DNA of 21,082 nucleotides. Origin: a virus. How positions within the stretch are numbered: the first letter of the stretch is position 1; each line of letters begins with the position of its first letter. Positions 1 to 8,548 of this stretch are shown here, one piece after another. The notes beneath the pieces were generated by a model, which was not told where the DNA came from, searched no databases, and saw nothing but the letters and a program-made list of their open reading frames with translations. The position numbers were made by a program, and so were the translations under genes. The DNA lies in the IMG/VR virus record IMGVR_UViG_3300033512_000347, positions 1 through 21,082 of that record; one strand, given 5' to 3'.

Positions 1-30
1 ATACGAAAGAGGATTATAATATCCTCTTCC
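1..30 (-). promoter_or_regulatory. Truncated copy of the hairpin + promoter module
   Basis: The - strand reads AAGAGGAT-attata-ATCCTCTT-TCGTAT, the same architecture as the copies at 6047-6083 and 13919-13955. Confidence 0.7.
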
Positions 31-46
31 TAATTTAAAAAATATT

Positions 47-362
47 AGCACCCTCTTGTCTCATTGTTAACTAAACCAAGTAGGATTCGCACCTAAATGA
101 TGAGAGTAGGGTCACGTAGTTAATTACCTCCTTTCGATGTGTATATGGGAGGATTACTGAATCCACATCTGGTTAACTACTGCTGAGAACTCATTTGTAT
201 AGTTAGTAGGCATCAAAACTACTTTTACCGCCAATTCATATCTCACATGAATCTATGCATCTACCATTACTGATAGCATCTTTGTGTAAATTATAAAAGG
301 TACGTTTCAACCTCAGTTATAGTTTCATCCGCTTACATTTAAGTAAGTAACCATTTGGTGCT
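47..362 (-). ncRNA. Candidate large structured non-coding RNA (unassigned family)
   Basis: ORF-free and less AT-rich than its flanks. It has a closing helix 47-52/357-362, helix 116-123/173-180, interleaved stems 127-131/148-152 and 136-141/164-169, a GUAA-tetraloop hairpin 261-276 and a T-arm-like hairpin 81-95. Confidence 0.55.
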
Positions 363-409
363 TCTTTTATTACAATTTACAAAGGTATTCAATGTTTAAC
401 CTTTTATTT

Positions 410-763
410 TTAGCAAGGACTTCCTATTGGCATTTGTTGCCCAGGATAATAGGCAGTTACATGTATATCTCCATCACAATATGTAGCTGAATACATACTT
501 CCATCAGAACATCTTACACCATATACATTACTACCAGGTGTATGAATAACAACCTTACAAGTAGTTTTACATGTTTCACACTCTGTTCCTTGCATATAAG
601 CAAGTACTACTGATTGAACATTTTCAATTTCTTCTTGTGTAATAGGTAAATCTTCTTTAAATTGTTCTGTTTGCACTTGGGATTTAGAAATAGTTGTTTC
701 ACTTTCACATGAGACAAATCCGATAGAAAATAATACAACAAATAATAATAATAACTTTTTCAT
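410..763 (-). CDS. Cys-rich lipoprotein
   Basis: MKK + hydrophobic stretch + FVSC lipobox, followed by acidic residues (ESE) typical of Bacteroidota lipoproteins. Confidence 0.8.
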   Translation of the reverse strand: MKKLLLLFVVLFSIGFVSCESETTISKSQVQTEQFKEDLPITQEEIENVQSVVLAYMQGTECETCKTTCKVVIHTPGSNVYGVRCSDGSMYSATYCDGDIHVTAYYPGQQMPIGSPC

Positions 764-792
764 TTTAAGTGATTTTTAGATTTTTAATTAGA

Positions 793-1191
793 TTAACGGC
801 AACTACAGCCTGAAGAGATTGATGATGATTCATATACATGTGTGTTGCCAACAGTCATGTATTCAGGAGTATAAGTGACATAGAAATTACTACCTCCTGT
901 GGTAACACATGCTGTAACAACTGGATGTGATACACCATAAGCATCAATAGCAGATCCTACAGACATACAGTTAACTTTTGATGTAACATTTCCATATTGA
1001 CCAATTGTTAAATTATGTTTATCGTACACTGCTTGTGCACTTAAATCGTCAAAAACATTTTCTTCTAAAGGAAGTAATTCTGTTCTTGAGGTTGAAATAG
1101 ATTCTTTTGTTTGTTCCATCTCTGAATCACAAGATGTGAAGCTAATCATCCCAATTAGCAACATAGAGAACATCAATTTAATTGATTTCAT
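793..1191 (-). CDS. Lipoprotein
   Basis: Signal peptide ends FTSC, followed by acidic DSEMEQ. It lies in tandem with 410..763. Confidence 0.8.
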   Translation of the reverse strand: MKSIKLMFSMLLIGMISFTSCDSEMEQTKESISTSRTELLPLEENVFDDLSAQAVYDKHNLTIGQYGNVTSKVNCMSVGSAIDAYGVSHPVVTACVTTGGSNFYVTYTPEYMTVGNTHVYESSSISSGCSCR

Positions 1192-1208
1192 CTTTTATAG
1201 TTTTTAAA

Positions 1209-1427
1209 AAATCACTTGTCCATCACTAGTTATGGAATACTATATAATAATCTTGTTACTAATGTTGTTCCAACTCATTAGGAACTCAAAATAAACTAGC
1301 GTTTAAAACCCATCAGATTATTTAATAATATCTTTACAATAAACACAACTGCTAGTACAGTTTAAATACTACTAACTACTGTTGCAACAGCACTGATCTA
1401 TTTTGTTTATCTTCAAGCAAGTGATTT
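1209..1427 (-). ncRNA. Candidate structured RNA / leader of the lipoprotein pair
   Basis: A perfect 10-bp closing inverted repeat (1209-1218/1418-1427) encloses several hairpins and a possible H-type pseudoknot. There is no long ORF. Confidence 0.4.
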
Positions 1428-1514
1428 ATTCTTCATCTATGTTTTTACAAGAATACTTTAAAAGTAATAATGTAATTATAAGAGATATTACTAAATAACC
1501 TATAAACCATTCCA

Positions 1515-1853
1515 TTATAAAATAATTTTATCAATTAATACACAATTATCTTGATTAATTACAAGATGTTGGAACTTTTCATAGAATTTATAATCATTTG
1601 ATTCGTAAACGTGAATAAACCATCCATGTTCTTGCAATCTCTTAATATCTTCTTGTGGAAACCAATTATATAAATCATCAAGTGAATCAGTAGCAGATAG
1701 CCAACCTACTAAATTACTATCAAAATCCATAGCTAATGAATTATGTTTACAGAAATTGAATTCATTATGAATTAATCCACTAACTAATCCATTGAATTGA
1801 TACCACAAACCCTGTTGAGTTTCTGTATTACATACTCTGTAAAATCTTTTCAT
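1515..1853 (-). CDS. Hypothetical phage protein
   Basis: 112-aa ORF with the recurrent AAATTAAGGTTATG start context. Confidence 0.8.
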   Translation of the reverse strand: MKRFYRVCNTETQQGLWYQFNGLVSGLIHNEFNFCKHNSLAMDFDSNLVGWLSATDSLDDLYNWFPQEDIKRLQEHGWFIHVYESNDYKFYEKFQHLVINQDNCVLIDKIIL

Positions 1854-1871
1854 AACCTTAATTTTGCCACC

Positions 1872-1901
1872 AAAAGCCGCAACGTTATGTTGAGGCCTTT
1901 T
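1872..1901 (-). terminator. Probable intrinsic terminator
   Basis: The - strand reads GCCTCAAC-ataac-GTTGCGGC-TTTT just downstream of the 1921..2373 stop. Confidence 0.55.
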
Positions 1902-1920
1902 AAATAATTTGGGGTTGGAA

Positions 1921-2373
1921 TTATGCTCCTAATGAACCCATCAATTTTTGTAAGAAAATTGCTTTTTGATCTTCTTGTGATAAGAATTGAGACGCTTCTT
2001 TCTCTAAATCTTTTAATTTTTTCAACTCATCACTATGAGTAACGATTTGGATTTGTAAGTCGATATCATGTTTCCATTCTTCAACTGTACTTCCAGCTTC
2101 AGTGAATGTACCAGCTTCCCTACCTAATTCACCAGCAGCTTCAGCAAACGCTTTACCTTTACTTCTCACAAATGAGAATGCTTTAATTAAGTTTTCAACT
2201 TTCTTCTCATTCTTAAGATCTCCAAACGGACCTCCTAAATTCATTGAAGTTTTGAATTTTGTTGTTTCGATGTTTTTCATCGTAGCAATCTTAGCTTTAA
2301 TTGCTGATAATACATCTGGAATTGATGTGAATTGACCTTCTACTGATAATCCTGTTTCTCCTGCTTTTGACAT
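1921..2373 (-). CDS. Hypothetical helical protein downstream of a promoter cluster
   Basis: 150-aa Ala/Lys/Glu-rich ORF, preceded by at least three tandem promoter motifs. Confidence 0.85.
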   Translation of the reverse strand: MSKAGETGLSVEGQFTSIPDVLSAIKAKIATMKNIETTKFKTSMNLGGPFGDLKNEKKVENLIKAFSFVRSKGKAFAEAAGELGREAGTFTEAGSTVEEWKHDIDLQIQIVTHSDELKKLKDLEKEASQFLSQEDQKAIFLQKLMGSLGA

Positions 2374-2433
2374 AACGTGTTTAAATTTAAATGATTAATT
2401 AATTAATTGTTTTTGTTACTTATTTTAACTTTT

Positions 2434-2910
2434 GTAAATATACGAATTTAATTTATGGAATCCAAATATTTTTTATAAGACTTTTTAAATATTTTTTGTA
2501 TTTTTAATACATTTCTTATTTTGTAAATATACGAATTTCAAATCTTAAATCCAAATTTCTTTTTAAGAAAGTAATAAAATGTTCTTTTTGGAATTAATTT
2601 GAACTATTATTGCGTCTTTTTATTACTTAGTGGATTTTTATTCTCAATAATTTTATGAACTTATTACTTTGTAAACATACGAAAACCTTTTAGGTAATCA
2701 AAATATTTTTAAAAAATGCTTATAAAAACTCAGTTGTTTAACATCCGAGATAACTTAGCATTGATGACATCAGATTATAACATAGCCTTAGTGGCATAAT
2801 CTTATCAAGTTATTTTGGAAAATAAGTTATAGGAGTTTACAACCTACGGGCAACGAAAAATAGATATCGTACTTAATTTTATAACTTATTATCTTTTGTA
2901 AACATATGAA
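2434..2910 (-). promoter_or_regulatory. Tandem Bacteroidota-type promoters (cores at 2434-2446, 2523-2535, 2671-2683, 2898-2910)
   Basis: The - strand shows TTTG (TTG at 2898)...TTC(G/A)TAT(A/G)TTTAC. This resembles the Bacteroidota -33 TTTG / -7 TAnnTTTG consensus with a G>A change. Confidence 0.75.
2725..2890 (-). ncRNA. Candidate small structured RNA or attenuator
   Basis: It lies just downstream of the promoter at 2898. It has an 11-bp inverted repeat (2821-2831/2880-2890), a second long hairpin, and a CTCGG..CTGAG-TTTTT terminator-like end. Confidence 0.4.
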
Positions 2911-2933
2911 ATTAAATTTTAAAATCCAATTCC

Positions 2934-3176
2934 TTACTTAAACTCTATTGAACCTTCTAAAACACCAAAAGATGATTTTTCATTCATATAAAACACTCCA
3001 GTGATAGTATCTTGAGTTACAACCCAAAGATTCGTCTCTTTCCAGGTAGCATTTATGAAACGGTGATTAGCAGGTAATGTAATTTCCTCACTACCTCCAA
3101 AGTTTCTAGCTCGTGCATTATCCGTACATGATAATAGGGATAATCCTAATCCTAATAGTAAAATAATTTTTTTCAT
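2934..3176 (-). CDS. Small lipoprotein (start revised to 3176; possibly leaderless mRNA)
   Basis: MKKIILLLGLGLSLLSC lipobox. The promoter core 3180-3192 lies only 3 nt upstream of the ATG. Confidence 0.85.
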   Translation of the reverse strand: MKKIILLLGLGLSLLSCTDNARARNFGGSEEITLPANHRFINATWKETNLWVVTQDTITGVFYMNEKSSFGVLEGSIEFK

Positions 3177-3215
3177 ACTGTAAACATACGAATAAAATTT
3201 TAACAATCTCTTCCC

Positions 3216-3470
3216 TTAATAAATTTCATAATCTAATTCATTATGGATTATTTCTGCCCAAACACCATTCTTCCAAATAGTATGACGACCTCCATAACCT
3301 CCTACTCCAATTACATCAATAATATAACCATCACAAACAGGCTCAAAATCAGTAATAGTGATATTTTTTCCTCCACGAGAATATATATTATCATTTGAGA
3401 ATATAACTCCAGGTCCAAATCCTCTACTTATTACTTCATCCAATAGTTTTCTAACTTCACTCTGTTCCAT
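3216..3470 (-). CDS. YEIY-tailed small protein, family C (GxWA)
   Basis: Ends ELDYEIY; contains IWKNGVWAEII. Confidence 0.85.
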   Translation of the reverse strand: MEQSEVRKLLDEVISRGFGPGVIFSNDNIYSRGGKNITITDFEPVCDGYIIDVIGVGGYGGRHTIWKNGVWAEIIHNELDYEIY

Positions 3471-3472
3471 GG

Positions 3473-3745
3473 TTAATAAATTTCGTAATTATTTTCCTCA
3501 AAAGATTTTAAATAATTATATATTTTAGTTAGTTCTTCTAATGTTTCTGTTGGAGGAAAATCCCAATTTTCTGTTTGTTCAGTTTCAAACATTGAATTCA
3601 AATCTTCTTTATCCAAACCAAATTGAATAAATAATTCATCATTATCCTCAATATTATTCTTTAAATAATACCCACCACTACAACGATCTACTGTAGCCTC
3701 ATATTTACCAATGGTTAATTTCTGTCCTTTATATAATGGTTCCAT
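3473..3745 (-). CDS. YEIY-tailed small protein
   Basis: Ends ENNYEIY; acidic. Confidence 0.85.
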   Translation of the reverse strand: MEPLYKGQKLTIGKYEATVDRCSGGYYLKNNIEDNDELFIQFGLDKEDLNSMFETEQTENWDFPPTETLEELTKIYNYLKSFEENNYEIY

Positions 3746-3748
3746 ATC

Positions 3749-3997
3749 TTAATAAACTTCATATTGTGGGTCCATATTTACTTCTTGGTTTGGATCGGCC
3801 AATATTAGGTCTCTCATTTTATATGAATTAGCATAAGTGTTAAATTTCACTTCCATCCAACCTTCATCAAATTTACTGTATTCCTTCACTACACCAACCA
3901 CCATTTCACCATCCTCATCAAATTTTTGTTGGTATTTATATCCACTTTCATCAGAAATGAATACTTTAGTCCCTATAGGATATAATTGTTCTTTCAT
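3749..3997 (-). CDS. YEVY-tailed small protein, KOW/SH3-like (family B)
   Basis: N-terminal YPIGTKV; ends DPQYEVY. Confidence 0.85.
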   Translation of the reverse strand: MKEQLYPIGTKVFISDESGYKYQQKFDEDGEMVVGVVKEYSKFDEGWMEVKFNTYANSYKMRDLILADPNQEVNMDPQYEVY

Positions 3998-4197
3998 AAC
4001 TTAATATATTTTCTTTTTAGTTTGTTTTGATTTTTATTTAAAATAATAATATAATATTTATCGTTATTCGTTTTATATACTTGATATTTAATGTTGTTTT
4101 CATAATACCAATACTCTGTATAACTATTTTCTGTTATGCGCTGTTCTACGTTACATGAAAAGAAAATAAACAATAAAATTATACTAATATACTTCAT
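3994..4197 (-). CDS. Small lipoprotein (start revised to 4197)
   Basis: MKYISIILLFIFFSC lipobox. The ATG lies inside the upstream YEVY codons. Confidence 0.7.
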   Translation of the reverse strand: MKYISIILLFIFFSCNVEQRITENSYTEYWYYENNIKYQVYKTNNDKYYIIILNKNQNKLKRKYIKL

Positions 4198-4399
4198 AAT
4201 GATTGTCATCTAATGGTTGTAAATCATCAACTAATTCTAAATCTTGAATAATTGAAACCCATCCTGATATATTAGGAAAATTAACATAGAGTTTAGAACC
4301 AGATATTGATTTTATCACCCCCAAACTACCTATTTGTACATAGTTCCCAAAACCATAATAATCTCCAATCGCTCTTACTTTGTCTCCAACTTTCACCAC
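4184..4399 (-). CDS. YEVY-tailed small protein, family B
   Basis: KVGDKV; ends DNHYEVY. Confidence 0.85.
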   Translation of the reverse strand: MVKVGDKVRAIGDYYGFGNYVQIGSLGVIKSISGSKLYVNFPNISGWVSIIQDLELVDDLQPLDDNHYEVY

Positions 4400-4566
4400 T
4401 ACTCTTCTTTAAATAATCCATCTGTTATTTTCATAACTCTTTCAAAACAATCCAAAAAATATTTATCATCCCAATGCCAAACCGACATAGCAAAGAATAT
4501 CAAAAACGTGGGAATATTAAATATAATAATTAGTAATCCTACTAAAACACTTGCGAAATATTTCAT
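4399..4566 (-). CDS. Small membrane protein, 55 aa (not in ORF track)
   Basis: Manual translation gives MKYFASVLVGLLIIIFNIPTFLIFFAMSVWHW...FKEE*; it fills the gap in the operon. Confidence 0.7.
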   Translation of the reverse strand: MKYFASVLVGLLIIIFNIPTFLIFFAMSVWHWDDKYFLDCFERVMKITDGLFKEE

Positions 4567-4570
4567 AACT

Positions 4571-4737
4571 CTAAATTTTATTTAGTTGGTTTAATTTTTC
4601 CTGTACTTCTTCAATTCTTTGAAGAATAAGTAATAACATTTCTGGTACACTCATTGGACTCCATGTTTAGTTTCGTAAAGATATAATTCAAGTTGCTCTT
4701 CATCCATATCTAATATAGATATGTTAGTATATTTCAT
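4571..4737 (-). CDS. Two coupled micro-ORFs (4651..4737, 28 aa; 4571..4654, 27 aa)
   Basis: MKYTNISILDMDEEQLELYLYETKHGVQ* then, via an ATGA overlap, MSVPEMLLLILQRIEEVQEKLNQLNKI*. Together they fill the gap almost exactly. Confidence 0.45.
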
Positions 4738-4969
4738 ATTGTGGTGTATTATCGTTATTGGAGCGAGATAAATTTACTGCCCAAACCTTATTATCTCCAC
4801 AATATATTTGATTTCTACCCAAGTAAATATCTTGATAATAATGATGATGACCTTGATTCCCACTTTCTATTATTACTGTATCACAATTGGTTTTAAATCC
4901 TTTTCTACTTATTCTATCACCAATAGAATAATTATCTTTTGCATATTGCAACATTTCTTCTCTTGTCAT
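4724..4969 (-). CDS. YEIY-tailed small protein, family C
   Basis: MTREEMLQYAKDNYSIGD...KVWAV; ends DNTPQYEIY. Confidence 0.85.
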   Translation of the reverse strand: MTREEMLQYAKDNYSIGDRISRKGFKTNCDTVIIESGNQGHHHYYQDIYLGRNQIYCGDNKVWAVNLSRSNNDNTPQYEIY

Positions 4970-4972
4970 AAC

Positions 4973-5314
4973 TTATGATATATGAATTATTTTACCGTCT
5001 TTATCCTCAACCTTAGTTACCATAAATTTTTTATCCAAAAATTCAAGTATATCATTTGCATACATAGTCATGGATAAACCAAAAGCTTGTGCAAATTGTT
5101 CTCTAGTTATTTTTTCTGTATCCTTTTCTTTTACTAAATATCTAAAAGAACCAGGCATTCCTGGTATTTCTTCTAATAGTAAATTACCATGCATGTCTTT
5201 TACAAATGATAGGTATTTATTTGGGATATTTTCAAATTCTTGTTCATAATAAGCGTAAAACCACTCCATATGGAGCTGTCCACTTTGTCTCATTTCAATG
5301 TAAGATTGTCTCAT
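4973..5314 (-). CDS. Hypothetical protein
   Basis: 113-aa ORF tightly coupled to its neighbours. Confidence 0.8.
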   Translation of the reverse strand: MRQSYIEMRQSGQLHMEWFYAYYEQEFENIPNKYLSFVKDMHGNLLLEEIPGMPGSFRYLVKEKDTEKITREQFAQAFGLSMTMYANDILEFLDKKFMVTKVEDKDGKIIHIS

Positions 5315-5316
5315 AA

Positions 5317-5688
5317 TTATTTAATTTTTTTATAAACACCCAACATAATATCACTTTTTCTACCTTTTATTTCACTTTCCATTTTTTCAATCTGCAAACA
5401 CTTTTTCTTCTTAATCACGTCAATAGCTCGTTCATAAACATTTTCGTTAACTCTAATAGGACAAATATTATCATTAACTATTTCGGCCATAGTGTGATCA
5501 ATAATTAAATCAAATCCAATTTTAGGATTACGAATGAAATATCTAGTTTGTTTTTTTGTTACATCTAAAATAGGTTCACTTGCATTTTTATGATACACTA
5601 ATTTTAGGATATTTCGATAAGCAAGAATGTCTTCTCTAGATAATTTTTTATAGAATGTTTTTCTAAACCAAATATTAAATTTTCTCAT
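5317..5688 (-). CDS. Hypothetical basic protein
   Basis: 123-aa ORF directly downstream of promoter 5703-5715, with the AAATTAAGGTTATG context. Confidence 0.8.
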   Translation of the reverse strand: MRKFNIWFRKTFYKKLSREDILAYRNILKLVYHKNASEPILDVTKKQTRYFIRNPKIGFDLIIDHTMAEIVNDNICPIRVNENVYERAIDVIKKKKCLQIEKMESEIKGRKSDIMLGVYKKIK

Positions 5689-5701
5689 AACCTTAATTTT
5701 G

Positions 5702-5753
5702 TGTAAATATACGAATTTTATTTTGAATAAAAAATTCCTTAGTAAACTTCGTA
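5702..5753. repeat. 52-bp direct repeat, copy 1 (YEVY-stop + promoter); copy 2 is at 10562-10613
   Basis: tgtaaatatacgaatttta(t/a)tttgaataaaaaattccttagtaaacttcgta, with one mismatch between the copies. Confidence 0.9.
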
Positions 5754-5993
5754 GTGAGATTCACTTGGAAATGGAATATATTTCTTGGCTGCTAAACAGT
5801 CTTGTAACCAATTTAGTTCTATTTCTGTTAAACTTCTCAATTCACCAATATAAAATCTATTATTCTTAGCGATTAATTGTGTAGATTTTCTAACACCATT
5901 TCCATATATCAAACTTGAATCACTTTTACTTAAATCTATTAATTTAACAAAAGCATCACCATCAGTATAGTATTTATTTTCTTCTAATATCAT
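5739..5993 (-). CDS. YEVY-tailed small protein
   Basis: Ends SESHYEVY. Confidence 0.85.
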   Translation of the reverse strand: MILEENKYYTDGDAFVKLIDLSKSDSSLIYGNGVRKSTQLIAKNNRFYIGELRSLTEIELNWLQDCLAAKKYIPFPSESHYEVY

Positions 5994-6046
5994 GATCTTT
6001 ATTTTTAATATTTAAAATATTAATGTATACACCTTAATCTTATTTC

Positions 6047-6083
6047 GTAAATATACGAAAAGAGGATCATAGATCCTCTTCCT
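6047..6083 (-). promoter_or_regulatory. Hairpin/terminator fused to a promoter core (37 bp identical to 13919-13955)
   Basis: The - strand reads AGG-AAGAGGATC-tat-GATCCTCTT-TTCGTATATTTAC. Confidence 0.8.
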
Positions 6084-6085
6084 AA

Positions 6086-6181
6086 TTAATAAATTGTAAT
6101 TTTTGGTTTGACTTGTGCGTTTCTAACTCTAAGCCATTCTAATAGATTGAAAATTTTACTTTTGTTACTGGTTTTACTCAT
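6086..6181 (-). CDS. Micro-ORF, 31 aa (not in ORF track)
   Basis: ATGA overlap with 6178..6993. Reads MSKTSNKSKIFNLLEWLRVRNAQVKPKITIY* and ends just before the hairpin. Confidence 0.5.
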   Translation of the reverse strand: MSKTSNKSKIFNLLEWLRVRNAQVKPKITIY

Positions 6182-6993
6182 TTTAATTTGGATTTAGCGG
6201 TTTCTTTAAATTGTTTAAATAATGGGGAATTAATAGCATTTCCTTTAGAATTAAATTCCCATCCTGAATCTAATATGTCTTGTAATGATAAACAGGGTTT
6301 ATTCATTAAAATATATTCTTTTGCTTTTTCTTTTGTTGAAAATGATAATACTGTTTTATTTAGTTTTGTTCTTTCTTTACTTGTTTGTTCAAATAAACTC
6401 CATAAATGGGATGCATTATTAACACACCAATATGTATCACCTTCAAAAACATCTACACCATCTTCAGTTGTAAATAATGGAGAATATTTAGTTATATTAT
6501 CAAAATGACAACCTCCTGTGCTAAAATATACCCAAATTCCTTTTTTAAAAGAAGATCCATCTTCCTCACATAGTTTAATTCTATCAATGATTTTAATTTC
6601 ACCAAGTGTTGTTACCTTAATTTTATCACCAATATGAAATATTTCACCATCACTAATTCTTTCAACAGAATGAATAGTGTATTTTCTTCTTAAAACTTCC
6701 TCCCAACTAAGAGCAAATCCACCAGAACCAGAAGTTACATATCTATAATGACCATATTTATCTTTGAATAAAATTCCATAAGCCTCACTATAAACGCTTA
6801 AAACTTCAAACTCAACAACTTTCTCCCAAAATTCAGGCATATCTTCCACCATTCTTTTAAAAATATCACCAGAAGATGAAATTTCCACCTCAGTTTTTCC
6901 ATCAGGATATATATATCCTATAGAACCTTGTTTGTTAATAGCTGTCGTCCCTAGTTTTGGGGACCCCGGATATAATTTAATTAATTTATACAT
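6178..6993 (-). CDS. Hypothetical multi-module phage protein
   Basis: 271-aa ORF with motifs SVERISDGEIFHIGD and LFTTEDGVDVFEGD; no function recognised. Confidence 0.85.
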   Translation of the reverse strand: MYKLIKLYPGSPKLGTTAINKQGSIGYIYPDGKTEVEISSSGDIFKRMVEDMPEFWEKVVEFEVLSVYSEAYGILFKDKYGHYRYVTSGSGGFALSWEEVLRRKYTIHSVERISDGEIFHIGDKIKVTTLGEIKIIDRIKLCEEDGSSFKKGIWVYFSTGGCHFDNITKYSPLFTTEDGVDVFEGDTYWCVNNASHLWSLFEQTSKERTKLNKTVLSFSTKEKAKEYILMNKPCLSLQDILDSGWEFNSKGNAINSPLFKQFKETAKSKLK

Positions 6994-7001
6994 TTTTTAA
7001 T

Positions 7002-7655
7002 TTATTTAAATAGAAAGTTAATTGGGTATTGATATTCACCACCATGATATTCAGTCATGGCTTTACTCCAAGAACCATGTTTATTATATAAATAATTTAA
7101 ATACGCTAACATGACTTTAACTTGTTTCTCTTCTTGGAATCTACCATCTTTAGAATAACCATTTAATTTACATATTTCATTCCATGTTCCATCCAAAAAC
7201 TGGAACATACCTTTGGCTGTAGATGTTTCATTCTTTTGTTCTGGGTCAAATCTACTTTCTTTGTATGCTGTCCACCACACTAATGTAGCAGGTATTTTAG
7301 ATTTTTCTATATCACTTCGATATTTTATTGCTAGATAAGAAAATCTTTTGTATTGTTGTGGTGTTAATTTAAAACCAATATATTTATGTAAATCTTCTAC
7401 ATAATTTTCATTACGTATTGGTTCACTAATATCAGTAATTTTATTAATTTTACCAGCAATTACATCTTCTTTTTTTAATATCTCCATTTGTAATTTTTCA
7501 CTATGTTCTGTTACTTTAAACATAGTAAAAGATAAGAAAAATGTCGATAATAATAAAGAACCAATTATTAATTTATACTTCAACAAAATATCAGTTTGTT
7601 GAAAAGCTAATTTTTCCGAATTATATTTAAATAGTTTACCGTTATTAAATTTCAT
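7002..7655 (-). CDS. Membrane-anchored SLT-domain lytic transglycosylase (start revised to 7655)
   Basis: Shows the catalytic ES motif (KESRFDP), STAKGMFQFLDGTW and YL..HGSWSKAMTEYHGG, plus an N-terminal TM segment. A promoter core at 7682-7694 lies upstream of the revised start. Confidence 0.85.
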   Translation of the reverse strand: MKFNNGKLFKYNSEKLAFQQTDILLKYKLIIGSLLLSTFFLSFTMFKVTEHSEKLQMEILKKEDVIAGKINKITDISEPIRNENYVEDLHKYIGFKLTPQQYKRFSYLAIKYRSDIEKSKIPATLVWWTAYKESRFDPEQKNETSTAKGMFQFLDGTWNEICKLNGYSKDGRFQEEKQVKVMLAYLNYLYNKHGSWSKAMTEYHGGEYQYPINFLFK

Positions 7656-7710
7656 AACTATATATTTTAAAATTATTATTCGTAAATATATGAAAGAATT
7701 TTTGGAAATC

Positions 7711-8019
7711 CTAATAAATTTCATATTGGTTAAACCCAATAATAGATTTTAATTCATCAACAGATATTTCCATTTTGCAACTTTGTCTATTATTATCACA
7801 ACCATATGACATATTAGATGGATCAATTTTTATTTCTTCCCTAATACCCAATCCCCAATTATCAAATAAAAAATATTTATTGTTTTTTAAACCATTATAA
7901 TGATCGCACCAACCCCTTGGGACACCAATACAATTTTGTTTAGCCCAAATCATAGCAGAATTAAATAATTCTTCACTAAATTCTTCCGTATATTTAACGT
8001 AAAATGATATTCTTTCCAT
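7711..8019 (-). CDS. YEIY-tailed small protein
   Basis: Ends FNQYEIY; EISVDEL resembles the family A EITxEEF. Confidence 0.85.
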   Translation of the reverse strand: MERISFYVKYTEEFSEELFNSAMIWAKQNCIGVPRGWCDHYNGLKNNKYFLFDNWGLGIREEIKIDPSNMSYGCDNNRQSCKMEISVDELKSIIGFNQYEIY

Positions 8020-8021
8020 AA

Positions 8022-8279
8022 CTAATAAATTTCGTATTGAGGTTCAGTGGGTTGAGGTTTTATTCCTAAAACTAATATTTTAAATTCTTCAAGGGTGATT
8101 TCAATATAACCTTTTGGTTTTACATCGTCTTCAAAATCAAACCATCCATTATCTTTATAAAAATAATAACTTCCCAAAGAATTGCAACGCCAAGTATTAT
8201 TGGGAATTTGATAGGCATGTGGTTTTAAACAATTATCCGTATTTTTAATACACCATCTTTTTGGTAATTTTGTTCTCAT
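8022..8279 (-). CDS. YEIY-tailed small protein, family A (MRTxLPxxW)
   Basis: MRTKLPKRW...EITLEEF...EPQYEIY. Confidence 0.9.
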   Translation of the reverse strand: MRTKLPKRWCIKNTDNCLKPHAYQIPNNTWRCNSLGSYYFYKDNGWFDFEDDVKPKGYIEITLEEFKILVLGIKPQPTEPQYEIY

Positions 8280-8281
8280 AA

Positions 8282-8548
8282 TTAATAAATTTCATATTGT
8301 GGTTCAATATCTCTAGTATTTCTTCCTAAGACAAAATATTCAAATTCTTCCCAAGTAATTTCTTCCCCATGTTTTATTGAAGTGCTTGTTAATGGAAAAC
8401 TATAATTAGTTATATATGGATTAGGTAATATATTTGATGGTATCCAATTAGTATATGAAGGTTTATTACTTATTACATAATCACATACATCCTGTGCATT
8501 TTCTTTTTTTAATTTAAAATACCATCTTTTCGGTAATTCTGTTCTCAT
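8282..8548 (-). CDS. YEIY-tailed small protein, family A
   Basis: MRTELPKRW...EITWEEF...EPQYEIY. Confidence 0.9.
   Translation of the reverse strand: MRTELPKRWYFKLKKENAQDVCDYVISNKPSYTNWIPSNILPNPYITNYSFPLTSTSIKHGEEITWEEFEYFVLGRNTRDIEPQYEIY

Noticed and set aside
81-95. tRNA gene suggested by a T-arm-like hairpin
   Set aside because: No cloverleaf, acceptor stem or anticodon arm at the right spacing.
2780-2852. Cobalamin riboswitch (GCCACT..AAGGC and TGCCCG..TGTAA fragments on the - strand)
   Set aside because: The core AGGGAA and B12-box elements are not seen, so the similarity is too fragmentary.
7656-7739. Longer N-termini in the ORF track (also 3177-3206, 10546-10644, 14985-15032, 20272-20316)
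   Set aside because: These extensions run through promoter motifs, RNA hairpins or upstream genes; the downstream ATGs have the typical start context.
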